The notes beneath the pieces were generated by a model. The model was not told the DNA's origin. It made no database searches and worked only from the letters and a program-made list of their open reading frames with translations. Positions 40,277-49,305 of a stretch of DNA of 64,000 nucleotides are shown in pieces; within the stretch, counting starts at the first letter, position 1, and each line of letters starts with the position of its first letter. Position numbers and translations under genes: made by a program. The DNA is from a virus. Its lineage: Duplodnaviria > Caudoviricetes. The DNA is taken from IMG/VR virus record IMGVR_UViG_3300025066_000007; one strand, given 5' to 3'.

Positions 40277-40644
40277 TTTTCATCTGCTCTTTTTATTATT
40301 TGCCTGCAGATATCTAGCATGTTTTCTACTGGCATTTTTAATTTAAAAGAATTGATACAATAGGCACACCATACAAGGTTTCCCCTTACATACCCCTTCT
40401 TCGGATCCACGCAGTCTAGAGACATCTTCAGCGGATCATGAACTCCATACTCATCTGATTTAATCACATTAAGCTTAATACCGGAGTAATGGCATCTTCC
40501 TTCTTGCTTTTCAAACAAATCGACAATATACTCTCGGTTAATACCAAAGGGAAGATCTCTCTTTAGAGCTCTTTTCCTCGCAGATCTGAGAGAGCTACCG
40601 AACATCAGATTCGGATGCTCCATGCACTTCTGTCTCCAGTTCAC
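40273..40644 (-). CDS. HNH-like endonuclease family protein
   Basis: CHYSG..SLDCVDPKKGYVRGNLVWCAYCIN.FK. Confidence 0.65.
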   Translation of the reverse strand: MNWRQKCMEHPNLMFGSSLRSARKRALKRDLPFGINREYIVDLFEKQEGRCHYSGIKLNVIKSDEYGVHDPLKMSLDCVDPKKGYVRGNLVWCAYCINSFKLKMPVENMLDICRQIIKRADEK

Positions 40645-40650
40645 CTCGGA

Positions 40651-40908
40651 TTACTCCTCGCCTACTGGCTTGTTAAATACATTCACCATAATGCGCTGGC
40701 CGGCCTTAGCTCCCGCTGCCTTAATCACAGTTCTTAGGGCCGCCGCTATACGCCCTTGCTTTCCAATTACCTTGCCGACATCTTCTTTTCCAACTCTAAC
40801 TTCTAATAAAAGTCCCTTCTCTGATTCGGTCTTGAGAACCTGAACAGATTCTTCGTCGTCAACAATATTCTTTACCATCTCAACTAGTAGCGCTTGTACA
40901 TTTTCCAT
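40651..40908 (-). CDS. khpA: KH-domain RNA-binding protein (KhpA/UPF0109)
   Basis: LVEMVKNIVDDEESV..EDVGKVIGKQGRIAAALRTV. Confidence 0.88.
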   Translation of the reverse strand: MENVQALLVEMVKNIVDDEESVQVLKTESEKGLLLEVRVGKEDVGKVIGKQGRIAAALRTVIKAAGAKAGQRIMVNVFNKPVGEE

Positions 40909-40909
40909 T

Positions 40910-41410
40910 TTAAATCTCCTTTATAGTTATTGTTTTCGGCTCTTCTTCTGCTTTGCGCGGAATTACTAATTCTAAAAGTCCATTTTTCATCGAAGCAGAC
41001 ATACGTCCAACATTAAATGTTGGATTTATGTAAAACTTAGCCTTAAAGTTTCTTCTGGCAATTCCCCTTACGATCATCCCTCTTTGCACCACTATATTTG
41101 GAGCCTTTGCAGGGTATTCTTCTTGATCAGATAATGCCTCATGCATTTCCTCTGCGTCTATTTTGTTTCCAGATCCAGTTATAAAAACTTCATTGCCCTT
41201 TGCTTTGAGCACAATGTCATCAGGAGAATACCCTGCAAGCGCAAAGGCCATATGAAACCCCTCGACATCACACCACTGATCACACCTTGGAAACTTTCCT
41301 GATGAAGAAACCTTCTTATTAGAAGAAACCTCTCTGAAGAACTCATCATCTATCCACAGCAAATCTAGAACTCTAGCCGGAATTGAGACCCTGCTAATAA
41401 CATCTTTCAT
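40910..41410 (-). CDS. Small heat-shock protein (Hsp20)
   Basis: ALAGYSPDDI..RGIARRNF..ASMKNGLLELVIPR. Confidence 0.88.
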   Translation of the reverse strand: MKDVISRVSIPARVLDLLWIDDEFFREVSSNKKVSSSGKFPRCDQWCDVEGFHMAFALAGYSPDDIVLKAKGNEVFITGSGNKIDAEEMHEALSDQEEYPAKAPNIVVQRGMIVRGIARRNFKAKFYINPTFNVGRMSASMKNGLLELVIPRKAEEEPKTITIKEI

Positions 41411-41416
41411 ATCAAA

Positions 41417-41749
41417 CTATTCCTCTTCTTCATATAGGTTAACAGGCTCATCGAGATTGGCAGCAATTGAATCTGCCGCATCAACAATGTTGTGAATTGA
41501 CCAGCTTACAACGCTTGTAATAAATGCGCCGATTACTGGACTTATCTCAAAATATAAGGACAAGAAAGCGCCAACCCAAACCCCGGTACACATAGAGCAG
41601 TTTATTAACTTCTCAGCCCATAGGCTTCGAGATAAGAACCTTCTCAGTGGCTCCGCAATATCTGATACAACCAGTACCAGAGTCATCCCGGCAGAGCTTA
41701 AGCAGAACATTAAAAACTCGGTAAACTGCACCAACTCATCCTCACTCAT
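41417..41749 (-). CDS. Small membrane protein (DUF1360-like)
   Basis: Hydrophobic segments; LINCSMCTGVWVG. Confidence 0.55.
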   Translation of the reverse strand: MSEDELVQFTEFLMFCLSSAGMTLVLVVSDIAEPLRRFLSRSLWAEKLINCSMCTGVWVGAFLSLYFEISPVIGAFITSVVSWSIHNIVDAADSIAANLDEPVNLYEEEE

Positions 41750-41843
41750 AATATACTTTAACGTCTTTTAATTATCAACAATATTATGTCAACTTATTGA
41801 TATTCCTAAAATCTTCACGGATTCTGCAAAGCTTTTGCCCGAG

Positions 41844-41874
41844 GGGCCGGGGCGGTTGTTTGCCGCCCCGGCCC
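41844..41874. terminator. GC-rich hairpin
   Basis: 12-bp stem GGGCCGGGGCGG/CCGCCCCGGCCC directly after the DUF3310 stop; no clear U tract. Confidence 0.5.
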
Positions 41875-41877
41875 TAT

Positions 41878-42147
41878 TTATATTTTAGGCGCAGGTTTTG
41901 ACTCGTCAAGAGTCGCTGCAGACTCCTTTTCACAAAGGCCAATAAATCGATCCAGATACCACTTTGCCTTCTTTAAATCCTCTAGGACATTACCGTGCTT
42001 CCTTCCCGCTCTTGATATATATTTAACTGTGTTTCCAAGGTGAAACCCTAACCGCCAAGCCTCAATAACCTTGATCGTCTCATAAACCGTGGACTCTCCC
42101 TGAGGGTCACCACTCTGATAATGGCTAGGATGTTTTACATTGCTCAT
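41878..42147 (-). CDS. DUF3310-family phage protein
   Basis: NVKHPSHY..GFHLGNTVKYISRAGRK..EDLKKAKWYL. Confidence 0.85.
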   Translation of the reverse strand: MSNVKHPSHYQSGDPQGESTVYETIKVIEAWRLGFHLGNTVKYISRAGRKHGNVLEDLKKAKWYLDRFIGLCEKESAATLDESKPAPKI

Positions 42148-42162
42148 TTAATATCTCCTTTA

Positions 42163-42838
42163 TTATATTGTAATTTCACCTTTGACGAACCTACTTAGCT
42201 TTTGAGTTTTTCCGGTTCGATGATCGGTCACCTTGTCTCGCTGAACTTGATAAGTCCTTATCTTATCTCCTCTCATTCCAGAGCCAACCTGAGAGGCTCT
42301 CAGCTCAGACCTTCGTCTGCTGGCTGCGCTCCTTTCGATCTCATATAGCTTAGCTCGAAGAAGCCTTAGAGCATAGTCTTTGTTCAAGTGTTGTGAACGC
42401 TCTGATTCGCATCGAATGCTTATTTGTGTTGGAATATGTTTCAGCTGAACGGCAGAGTCAGTTACATTTCTATGCTGCCCGCCCGCTCCAGATCCACGGC
42501 AAGTCTTCCACTCAAGGTCTTTCTTGTCGATCTTTACTGATGCTCTTTTTGGCTCTGTTAGAATTGCAACCGTTATAGTCGAAGTGTGAACTCTGCCTCG
42601 TTTGTCAAGGGGAGAAACTCTTTGCCAGCGATGGCCTCCTGCTTCTTTCTCAAAGATCTTTAAAGCGTTCTTTCCTTCGATCAAAGCTATGCTAATTCCT
42701 GGGCGTGATTCTATTATTTTCAGGCTAAAGATAATTTCGGCGGCAGACCTTGCCGTAAATGCCGAGTTGATCTTTAACAAGAAGTTTGCTTTCTTTTCCG
42801 CCTTCAGCGGCTCTAATCTCTAATATAATAGAATTCAT
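42163..42838 (-). CDS. Class I peptide chain release factor-like protein (domains 2-4), about 224 aa via predicted +1 frameshift
   Basis: Frame 0 from ATG 42838: MNSIILEIRAAEGG...RRNYL*; +1 frame: EAGGHRWQRVSPLD..GRVHTS, GSGAGGQHRNVTDSAV, ERSQHLNK, KIRTY. Confidence 0.88.
42724..42733 (-). other. Predicted programmed +1 frameshift site TAT-CTT-TAG-C
   Basis: Joins the two release-factor halves; same CUU-U slippage core as bacterial prfB. Confidence 0.75.
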
Positions 42839-42858
42839 CTTCCTTTTCTCCTTTATAT

Positions 42859-43443
42859 TTATTCTGGCTTAACTCCAGAGGCTAATGCTATTTTGCAAAT
42901 ATGCTCTAGCCTTTCTATGTGACAAAATGCTTCCCACGGGTTTTTCCCAATAGCACAAGCTCCATGCGCAGTTTGGCCAACAATATCATAATAGACCTCT
43001 CCATTACGTTGCATTTGAAAAAATGTATCATCTGCCAAGCCTTTACTTGTCGCCTCCCAAAGTCCTACATTCTTCCCAACTTTTGTATAGCGATATACTT
43101 CCGGAAACTTCTTTGCTAATGCCTGCAGATTCCACCCTGCCATCATCGCTGCAACAATATAGGTTGGATGCAGATGAAGCACGCATCTCGTTCCCTTGTG
43201 ACTCTTCTGCAAAAGCCAATGCATCTCTAGCTCTCCAGAGGCATTCTTATTCAGGCCAAGCTTTCCTCTGGAAATTGGAATTCTAAGAATAGATTCTGGA
43301 TAAATGATATTCTTTCTAACTCCAGACGGAGTTATGTAGAGAGTTTTTTTCTCTGACCTCTTTAAAGAGCAGTTCCCGTCCTTGGTAGTTATCCAGTTTC
43401 TATCGTATGCCTCTCGCATAACATCGCCAATAGCAGTTAACAT
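42859..43443 (-). CDS. Class II aldolase/adducin-family metalloenzyme
   Basis: DGNCS..ITPSG..ASGELEMH..HLHPTY..HGACAIG. Confidence 0.85.
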   Translation of the reverse strand: MLTAIGDVMREAYDRNWITTKDGNCSLKRSEKKTLYITPSGVRKNIIYPESILRIPISRGKLGLNKNASGELEMHWLLQKSHKGTRCVLHLHPTYIVAAMMAGWNLQALAKKFPEVYRYTKVGKNVGLWEATSKGLADDTFFQMQRNGEVYYDIVGQTAHGACAIGKNPWEAFCHIERLEHICKIALASGVKPE

Positions 43444-43608
43444 CTACAGAAGCTCCTCATCTACAGACCACTCTTCTACGCAAAGAGTGGTCTCGCCGTC
43501 GCCTTCGTTTTCGAATAAGAATTCCTCTGCTGCCTCTTCGCTGGAGAAGACCGCAACGATTCTTGCTTCATTTCTAAAAGATTCTTCTGTTATAATATAA
43601 ACAATCAC
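43444..43608 (-). CDS. Small acidic hypothetical protein (54 aa, not in track)
   Basis: GTG start, MIVYIITEESF...VDEELL*, fills the gap between coupled genes. Confidence 0.65.
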   Translation of the reverse strand: MIVYIITEESFRNEARIVAVFSSEEAAEEFLFENEGDGETTLCVEEWSVDEELL

Positions 43609-43881
43609 CTATAACTCCTGTAAATAAAAACTCTGCTTAAGCTTATAGGCCGGAAACTCAGTTTCGTGAAACCAAGAAACCACAGTCTTGCTTACAGTAG
43701 GATCTCCATCCAAGAAAGCCTCTCCTTCCGAGAATGCCTCTCCAACTTTGCTCTTATCAAATCCGGCCGGAACATGAAGCTCTACTATCTCAAAATAACT
43801 TCTGGGCATAATCTTGCAGCTATTCTCGATGATTAAATAGTAGATATCTTCCTTCCATGGCTTTTTCGACTTCTTTCCCAT
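43609..43881 (-). CDS. Hypothetical protein
   Basis: 90-aa ORF. Confidence 0.65.
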   Translation of the reverse strand: MGKKSKKPWKEDIYYLIIENSCKIMPRSYFEIVELHVPAGFDKSKVGEAFSEGEAFLDGDPTVSKTVVSWFHETEFPAYKLKQSFYLQEL

Positions 43882-44345
43882 TACTCATTATCCTCTGGGT
43901 ATATATAAACGAAAGTTTCATTTTCAAAATGCCTAACTTCTCCGGTCGGAAGATCGTTTAGGCCCGAAACTCTTATGCAGATATTATATCCGATAAGAGG
44001 CTCTAGGTGGCTGTACGAAGCCTTTCCAACCATCCACTTGGCACCGTCTTCAGACCAAAAGTTTTCCTGGCCTTCTCCTAGGTCTACAAACCTGACTTGC
44101 CTTTCTCCTCCAAATACTGTCTCCACACTCTCTTTCGAAAGACTCTTCTCAAATGCTTTAAGGGATTTTATGATTTCGCTATCATCTACTAGGTGAGGAC
44201 AGCTAAGCTCCCAAGACTCCTCTCTGGGGTCCCAAGCAATTTCTAACTCAATTCCAAAAAAATTAAAGGTTCCGCCCGAATATTCTCCATTCCCAGAATC
44301 AGAATATGAGCGCGTAGTCAGTTGTGGATGCAATCTCTTCTTCAT
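43881..44345 (-). CDS. Hypothetical protein
   Basis: 154-aa ORF with AGGAGG RBS. Confidence 0.7.
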   Translation of the reverse strand: MKKRLHPQLTTRSYSDSGNGEYSGGTFNFFGIELEIAWDPREESWELSCPHLVDDSEIIKSLKAFEKSLSKESVETVFGGERQVRFVDLGEGQENFWSEDGAKWMVGKASYSHLEPLIGYNICIRVSGLNDLPTGEVRHFENETFVYIYPEDNE

Positions 44346-44368
44346 AATTATCCTCCTTTGAAATTATG

Positions 44369-44608
44369 CTAAAATTTATCTTCACTTTCAAGAAATAGCT
44401 TTAAAGCTTCTCTGTAAGAGAACTGTTTGCGTTTATCAGCGTAATAGTTCCGTTTTGTTTTGGAATAACAAGTTATCGTAAGGATTCCATATTCTGCATC
44501 TTTAAAATGCACATAATATTCCTCTCCAACTTCTTCTCTAACCACATCTACAAGATGATCTATAATTGCGTCCTGAAGCCATGTGTCTATTTTTATATCA
44601 ACTCCCAT
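44369..44608 (-). CDS. Hypothetical protein
   Basis: 79-aa ORF. Confidence 0.6.
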   Translation of the reverse strand: MGVDIKIDTWLQDAIIDHLVDVVREEVGEEYYVHFKDAEYGILTITCYSKTKRNYYADKRKQFSYREALKLFLESEDKF

Positions 44609-45210
44609 TATTGGACCATCTTCATTATATTAAACTTAAATAAGTCCAACTGTTGGGGCTCATACTCTACCTTCTTTGGTTTATGTCCCACTTTCCTTGA
44701 TTCGTCAAAAACCTTTCTCTCCTCATAATGACTATCGCATAGAGTCGATATCCAACTTGTGTCTCTGCGCTCTCCTCGCTCGCCGCAAACCTCGCAGGCC
44801 TGAAGAGACATCGCCTCAGTTAGACTGACTACTCCTTCAATAAACTCATCACCTCCATAGTAATAAGCTCTAAGTCCTCCGAATTTTTCTTTTATTTGGC
44901 AGAAGGAAAACGAATGCATATAGTATCCATTCAAAGGCGGCTCTGCACCGTCCTCTATGATGGCCTTTCCCGTATACTTAAGGTAGTGCTCAATATGCGC
45001 GCACATTGCCTCAAGAAGATTCGACCACCCCTCTCCAACGCAGGGGTAGCAATTGCTCAAGAGATCTGAATATTTCACAGTCAATCGAGCCTCCCAGGTC
45101 ATGCAATCTTCGCACAAGGTAACACGCCTTGAGCCGCGCGACCCAACTTCACTTAGGCTATCGCACTCTTTCTTACAACTTGTACAAGTCCCCGTTTCTT
45201 TTTCACTCAC
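44608..45210 (-). CDS. Hypothetical Zn-binding phage protein (start re-assigned to GTG 45210)
   Basis: GGAG RBS before GTG; QIKEKFGGLRAYY..ACEVCG motif common in phage hypotheticals. Confidence 0.65.
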   Translation of the reverse strand: MSEKETGTCTSCKKECDSLSEVGSRGSRRVTLCEDCMTWEARLTVKYSDLLSNCYPCVGEGWSNLLEAMCAHIEHYLKYTGKAIIEDGAEPPLNGYYMHSFSFCQIKEKFGGLRAYYYGGDEFIEGVVSLTEAMSLQACEVCGERGERRDTSWISTLCDSHYEERKVFDESRKVGHKPKKVEYEPQQLDLFKFNIMKMVQ

Positions 45211-45403
45211 TTTCTTTCTCCGGTAAATCAAAGGCTCCGCAATTACATGTGTGCCAGCCTTGGGGCCAAGGACACTCTTCTGCGTGCTCCTTGTGAGCCT
45301 CTGCAGACTGGCATCCAATAGAGCAAAACTGGCTATATGACAGCGGAAAATATGTTTTATATTCTTTGCCGCACTCATTACATTTTCGAATTATAATTGC
45401 CAT
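45203..45403 (-). CDS. Small Cys-rich protein
   Basis: CNECG..FCSIGC..CNCG; stop overlaps next GTG. Confidence 0.6.
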   Translation of the reverse strand: MAIIIRKCNECGKEYKTYFPLSYSQFCSIGCQSAEAHKEHAEECPWPQGWHTCNCGAFDLPEKESE

Positions 45404-45428
45404 TATTCAATTCCGCTTTACTCTGCGC

Positions 45429-45818
45429 TTATTCTCGAATATAGCCCTGCTCAATTAATCCATCCATAACCGCCGCAGTCATATAATGATCTCTATCATA
45501 TTCGATAAGATCAAGCCCATATGACTGAACCAAAGCTTGGCGAATGGCCTCATATGTCTTACTGCCAACAAAATGTTCTCTTACCTCAAACTCTAGCTTA
45601 GTAACTCCATTTTTTTGGAACTCAACAGAAGCCACCCGAATGACATCTTCTGCGTCGTTTAGAGTGTTAAATATAGCTCTATCATCAATCCAGACTCGCT
45701 CTGTCGCCCATGCCCAGCCTTTAGCTATAGAGTGGCTTTCATATTTTATCAAATATTCATTAGTTATATTATCATAAACAACAAACTTGGGTTTCGTGTA
45801 CTTATTTTTCACGACCAC
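45429..45818 (-). CDS. Hypothetical protein
   Basis: 129-aa ORF. Confidence 0.65.
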   Translation of the reverse strand: MVVKNKYTKPKFVVYDNITNEYLIKYESHSIAKGWAWATERVWIDDRAIFNTLNDAEDVIRVASVEFQKNGVTKLEFEVREHFVGSKTYEAIRQALVQSYGLDLIEYDRDHYMTAAVMDGLIEQGYIRE

Positions 45819-45963
45819 CCCTCTCTTTCTTCGCCAGAGCCTTATGAATCTTAATCCAAGTCTTGGCGCGGGCCCTTAAGATCTTCTGCGCACTAGAGCT
45901 GAAATGTTCCTCTTCTTTCTTCATAGATTGGATGGCTTTCTCCAAAGCGTCAGATGAAGTCAT
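45802..45963 (-). CDS. Small basic hypothetical protein (53 aa, not in track)
   Basis: ATGA overlap with the IMPDH stop; [11 protein letters not shown]...GGREK*. Confidence 0.55.
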   Translation of the reverse strand: MTSSDALEKAIQSMKKEEEHFSSSAQKILRARAKTWIKIHKALAKKERGGREK

Positions 45964-47006
45964 CGGCGCTCTCCTTCTGCATTAAAGATATGCGTTGAGC
46001 TCTCTATCTGACCGGCATTCGTTTGCCTCATAAAGACCGCCTTATCTTGAAGCTCGTGGATGGTTCTTGCTCCAGAGTAAGAAAGGCCAGAGCGAATTCC
46101 TCTTTCCAAATCTCCAAGAACATCTGCAACTGACCCCTTAAGCCTTACTCTTGTTGCGATGCCCTCTAGAGAAGCAGCGCGGCCCCTCCAGGCTATCTGA
46201 GCGTCTTTTGACGCCATCCCACGATAGGCTTTGAACTTACCCTCTGAAGTCTCCAGAACGTCCCCTGGGGTCTCGTCTGTTCCTGACAGAAGGGAGCCGC
46301 ACATAACAAAGTTTGCTCCAGCAGCTAATGCCTTAACTATATCTCCAGAATTTCTGATTCCACCATCTGCAATGATAGGGGCGTCATAACTTGATTCGGC
46401 ACAATCAAAGATTGTCTGCAACCCAGGAACTCCATGCCCTGTTTGAATTTTTGTAGAACAGATTGAGCCTGAACCAATATTCGCACGAACACTATTCGCG
46501 CCCCAATCAACCAGAGCTTCATATCCATCTTTCGTCGCAATATTTCCCGCAATAATATGAATATGGTCTCCGAAGTCTTTTCGCAGATTTCTTAGAGCAT
46601 TCCGCATTAAAACATGATGCCCATGTGCAACATCAACACATAGAATTCGGATACCAGCGTCTACGAGCGTCCGTGCGCGCGCTAACTCGTCTGAAGAAGT
46701 TCCTATTGCAGCGGCAGTATGTGCTGTCGCATCGATATCAAGGCCAGACTCAAGAACGCGCCTTACGATTAGGGCCTGCTGCTCTGGTGAATTATATCTG
46801 TGAATCACAGATACTCCTCCGGCTTTTGCCATAGCCAAAGCCATCCTATCTTCTGTAACAGTGTCCATTGGGCTCGATATAATCGGGAGACTGCATACGG
46901 TGCTTCCGAGGCTTGACCTTAGATCAACTTCCTTTCTGCTGCGTATATCAGAAAACTGTGGAACAATTAAAACGTCTTGGTAACTCAAACCTTCTTTTAG
47001 CTTCAT
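45960..47006 (-). CDS. IMP dehydrogenase/GMP reductase family (no CBS domains)
   Basis: [47 protein letters not shown]; GuaB versus GuaC not resolved. Confidence 0.92.
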   Translation of the reverse strand: MKLKEGLSYQDVLIVPQFSDIRSRKEVDLRSSLGSTVCSLPIISSPMDTVTEDRMALAMAKAGGVSVIHRYNSPEQQALIVRRVLESGLDIDATAHTAAAIGTSSDELARARTLVDAGIRILCVDVAHGHHVLMRNALRNLRKDFGDHIHIIAGNIATKDGYEALVDWGANSVRANIGSGSICSTKIQTGHGVPGLQTIFDCAESSYDAPIIADGGIRNSGDIVKALAAGANFVMCGSLLSGTDETPGDVLETSEGKFKAYRGMASKDAQIAWRGRAASLEGIATRVRLKGSVADVLGDLERGIRSGLSYSGARTIHELQDKAVFMRQTNAGQIESSTHIFNAEGERR

Positions 47007-47094
47007 ACTTAACCCCTATTCTTGGTTCGCTCAATCTGCTCAGCCCAATTTGGCTAGCCTAAAAATCTTAAACCCTGCACGGGCAGCCGCAACT

Positions 47095-47331
47095 CTAATT
47101 CGCTTTTAGCCAAGAATGAGGACTCCCAGCCCTAACGCAATCTAGTAGAGTCTTAAGTTCAATGATTCTATTATGTGCCTCTTTCATATCTTCAAATTCC
47201 CCTAGAGTCCAAGAGCAATCTTCGCACAAAAAGCTTTGTCGCTTCTGATAGGTTACAACCGTGCAGTCCTCATCTCTATATTTGCATCCGTGAATGACAC
47301 AACAATGCTCTGTATGTACACCCTCACACAT
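47095..47331 (-). CDS. Small Cys/His-rich protein
   Basis: HTEHCCVIHGCKY..CEDC. Confidence 0.6.
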   Translation of the reverse strand: MCEGVHTEHCCVIHGCKYRDEDCTVVTYQKRQSFLCEDCSWTLGEFEDMKEAHNRIIELKTLLDCVRAGSPHSWLKAN

Positions 47332-47334
47332 GAG

Positions 47335-48018
47335 CTAACAAGCCGCCCAACCGCCGACTACCCAAGATAGCTTTTTGCTTGGCTTTTGGGTTGCGGCCTG
47401 CTCCACCTTCTCCAAGGCCTTGGCCTCCCTCTCTGTCCAGGCAGCAATCCTTTTGATAGCTGTATCGCTAAGCAAATCAGAGCTACAAAGCGGACACTTT
47501 GGAAGCTGCGGATAAGATATATAGCCAGAAGATATCTCGCTTCTATACGGAAAGATATGTTTTGCCTTAAGCCTATCTAGACTAAGGCGAGAAGAACATT
47601 CCGAACATCCTACGAGCGTTGACTTTCTTCCAAAGAATGATTCACATATGGCCACCATTCCATGATATTTCTTTTCCATGACCCTTCTCAAGTCTAACCT
47701 TGCATCTTCGACTTTCTTTCTCTGCTTTTCAGTTACCGCCTGAGGGGCATAAAAAGAGCACGCAATAGGCGCCATTCGTTTGCTATGGTGATCCAAAACA
47801 TACTCTTCAGCCTTTACCTCAGAATCAAAACCGCGATGAATAAACTCTATTCCTGAAGAAAAAGTTGTTGCGTTACCAGCATAAGCTCCTCTTCCAGATT
47901 CACGAGCATCCTCTTCAACACGTCTGCTCCATGCTTTTCTGACAGCCTCTTTATCTGATGCATTTACCGTAATAGTGTAATCATGAGCTCCCATATCATT
48001 TTCCCTCCCCATCTTCAT
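47335..48018 (-). CDS. Hypothetical Zn-ribbon protein
   Basis: CSECSS..CPLCS. Confidence 0.65.
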   Translation of the reverse strand: MKMGRENDMGAHDYTITVNASDKEAVRKAWSRRVEEDARESGRGAYAGNATTFSSGIEFIHRGFDSEVKAEEYVLDHHSKRMAPIACSFYAPQAVTEKQRKKVEDARLDLRRVMEKKYHGMVAICESFFGRKSTLVGCSECSSRLSLDRLKAKHIFPYRSEISSGYISYPQLPKCPLCSSDLLSDTAIKRIAAWTEREAKALEKVEQAATQKPSKKLSWVVGGWAAC

Positions 48019-48229
48019 TAATCCACTTTCTCAAGTCGACAATCTCGTACCAATCATAATGACAGCCGCGAATCAAATGCTTTCCATAGTACCACTCATT
48101 TGTAGAAGGAGACATTTCGATCTTAATTTCGTCCTCCGCCTCTTCCTTGGTTTCAAAAGTGGCAATCCAATCTTCAGTTCCGATATCTGGATAATAATTT
48201 TCGCCAGCAATTAAAAGAAAATATTTCAT
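47996..48229 (-). CDS. Hypothetical protein
   Basis: 77-aa ORF. Confidence 0.6.
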   Translation of the reverse strand: MKYFLLIAGENYYPDIGTEDWIATFETKEEAEDEIKIEMSPSTNEWYYGKHLIRGCHYDWYEIVDLRKWINEDGEGK

Positions 48230-48235
48230 AACTTC

Positions 48236-48682
48236 TTACCCAAAGATAATGTCAGAATCAAACTCAATATATTCCTCCTCAAAAGCTTTGAGCTTTTCGC
48301 AAAAGCCTTTGATCCTCTTGGAATATGCTACAAACGGAATATCTTGAGTAATTACAAATCCAAAAATGTCTGGAATGTCTGACGTGTAACTAGGATAATC
48401 ACACTCTTCCCATTGGGCCGTGTAACCAAACTCAATTCCCCGAATAGTCACAGTACCTTCAATTCCCTCGTTGATTTTTCGATACTCTTGAGTTAACCCA
48501 AAAAGCTCTGCATCTGGAATCTGCCTCTCTGCAATTTGAGGCATTGAAGTTTGATCGTCAGGGCTTGCTTCGGCTATAGCCCTCACTCGACCTATAACCT
48601 TTTCATCCTCTATTCCATAAACCGGCACAAGACCTTCTGCTAACCAAAACAAAAACTGTTTATCATTCATTTTTCTCTCCAA
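48236..48682 (-). CDS. Hypothetical protein
   Basis: 148-aa ORF. Confidence 0.65.
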   Translation of the reverse strand: MERKMNDKQFLFWLAEGLVPVYGIEDEKVIGRVRAIAEASPDDQTSMPQIAERQIPDAELFGLTQEYRKINEGIEGTVTIRGIEFGYTAQWEECDYPSYTSDIPDIFGFVITQDIPFVAYSKRIKGFCEKLKAFEEEYIEFDSDIIFG

Positions 48683-48685
48683 AGC

Positions 48686-49126
48686 TCAACTCCAGCACTG
48701 AACTACGTCTGTTTCTTCGATCGGAATATCTGTCGTCATAAGATGCGAAAAATCCTTAGAAAACTCCACTACAGAGGTTCTGTCATTCGCCATAATTGCC
48801 ATATCAAATTCTCCAACATTAGAGTACTGAGAAGAATTTACAATCCAAACTTTTTGGCTATCATCCTTAGTCCAAAGCGAAGCATAAATATAGCCTCTCT
48901 TCCCGAAATTAACATAACCCATATGAGTCCAATCATTAACAACTAATTTCTGATTCGTTATATTGCTGATATCTTCATCAGAAAAATCCCACTGCCAGTC
49001 ACACTCTCCTTCGAGATAACAATCCGTGTTGAAAAGCTTTGATGCCTGCCTATCCTTGTTCGGATCTCCCTCGAAAAAGCAATGCTTTACAAATGGGACA
49101 ATATCGCTATAACAGTTATGACTCAC
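48686..49126 (-). CDS. Hypothetical protein (start re-assigned to GTG 49126)
   Basis: ORF track plus overlap with the upstream small gene. Confidence 0.6.
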   Translation of the reverse strand: MSHNCYSDIVPFVKHCFFEGDPNKDRQASKLFNTDCYLEGECDWQWDFSDEDISNITNQKLVVNDWTHMGYVNFGKRGYIYASLWTKDDSQKVWIVNSSQYSNVGEFDMAIMANDRTSVVEFSKDFSHLMTTDIPIEETDVVQCWS

Positions 49127-49295
49127 TTTCGTTCTTCCTTTCAAATTTCTCAAGATCTCTGACTGCAAACCTCAAGTGCTCTTCTGCGTTGTTTAATTCA
49201 TCATAGGTCGCAAAGGCTCCGCAAGCTCGCTTTGCCGCCTCAATAACTCGCCTCTCTAAACGCCTCAACCTTACTCTTTTGATATAATATTTCAT
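49116..49295 (-). CDS. Small hypothetical protein (59 aa, not in track)
   Basis: MKYYIKRVRLRRLERR...NESES*. Confidence 0.55.
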   Translation of the reverse strand: MKYYIKRVRLRRLERRVIEAAKRACGAFATYDELNNAEEHLRFAVRDLEKFERKNESES

Positions 49296-49305
49296 CTATA
49301 AAATC

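Noticed and set aside
5016-41792. Shared 13-mer TTGACATAATATT at 5016-5028 and 41780-41792
   Set aside because: The first copy is the last codons plus stop of a gene, and neither has a properly spaced -10 box. It is probably coincidence.
45211-45378. N-terminal extension of ORF 44608-45378 as an overlapping gene
   Set aside because: It overlaps a more plausible Cys-rich gene (45203-45403), and a GTG with RBS at 45210 explains the downstream protein.
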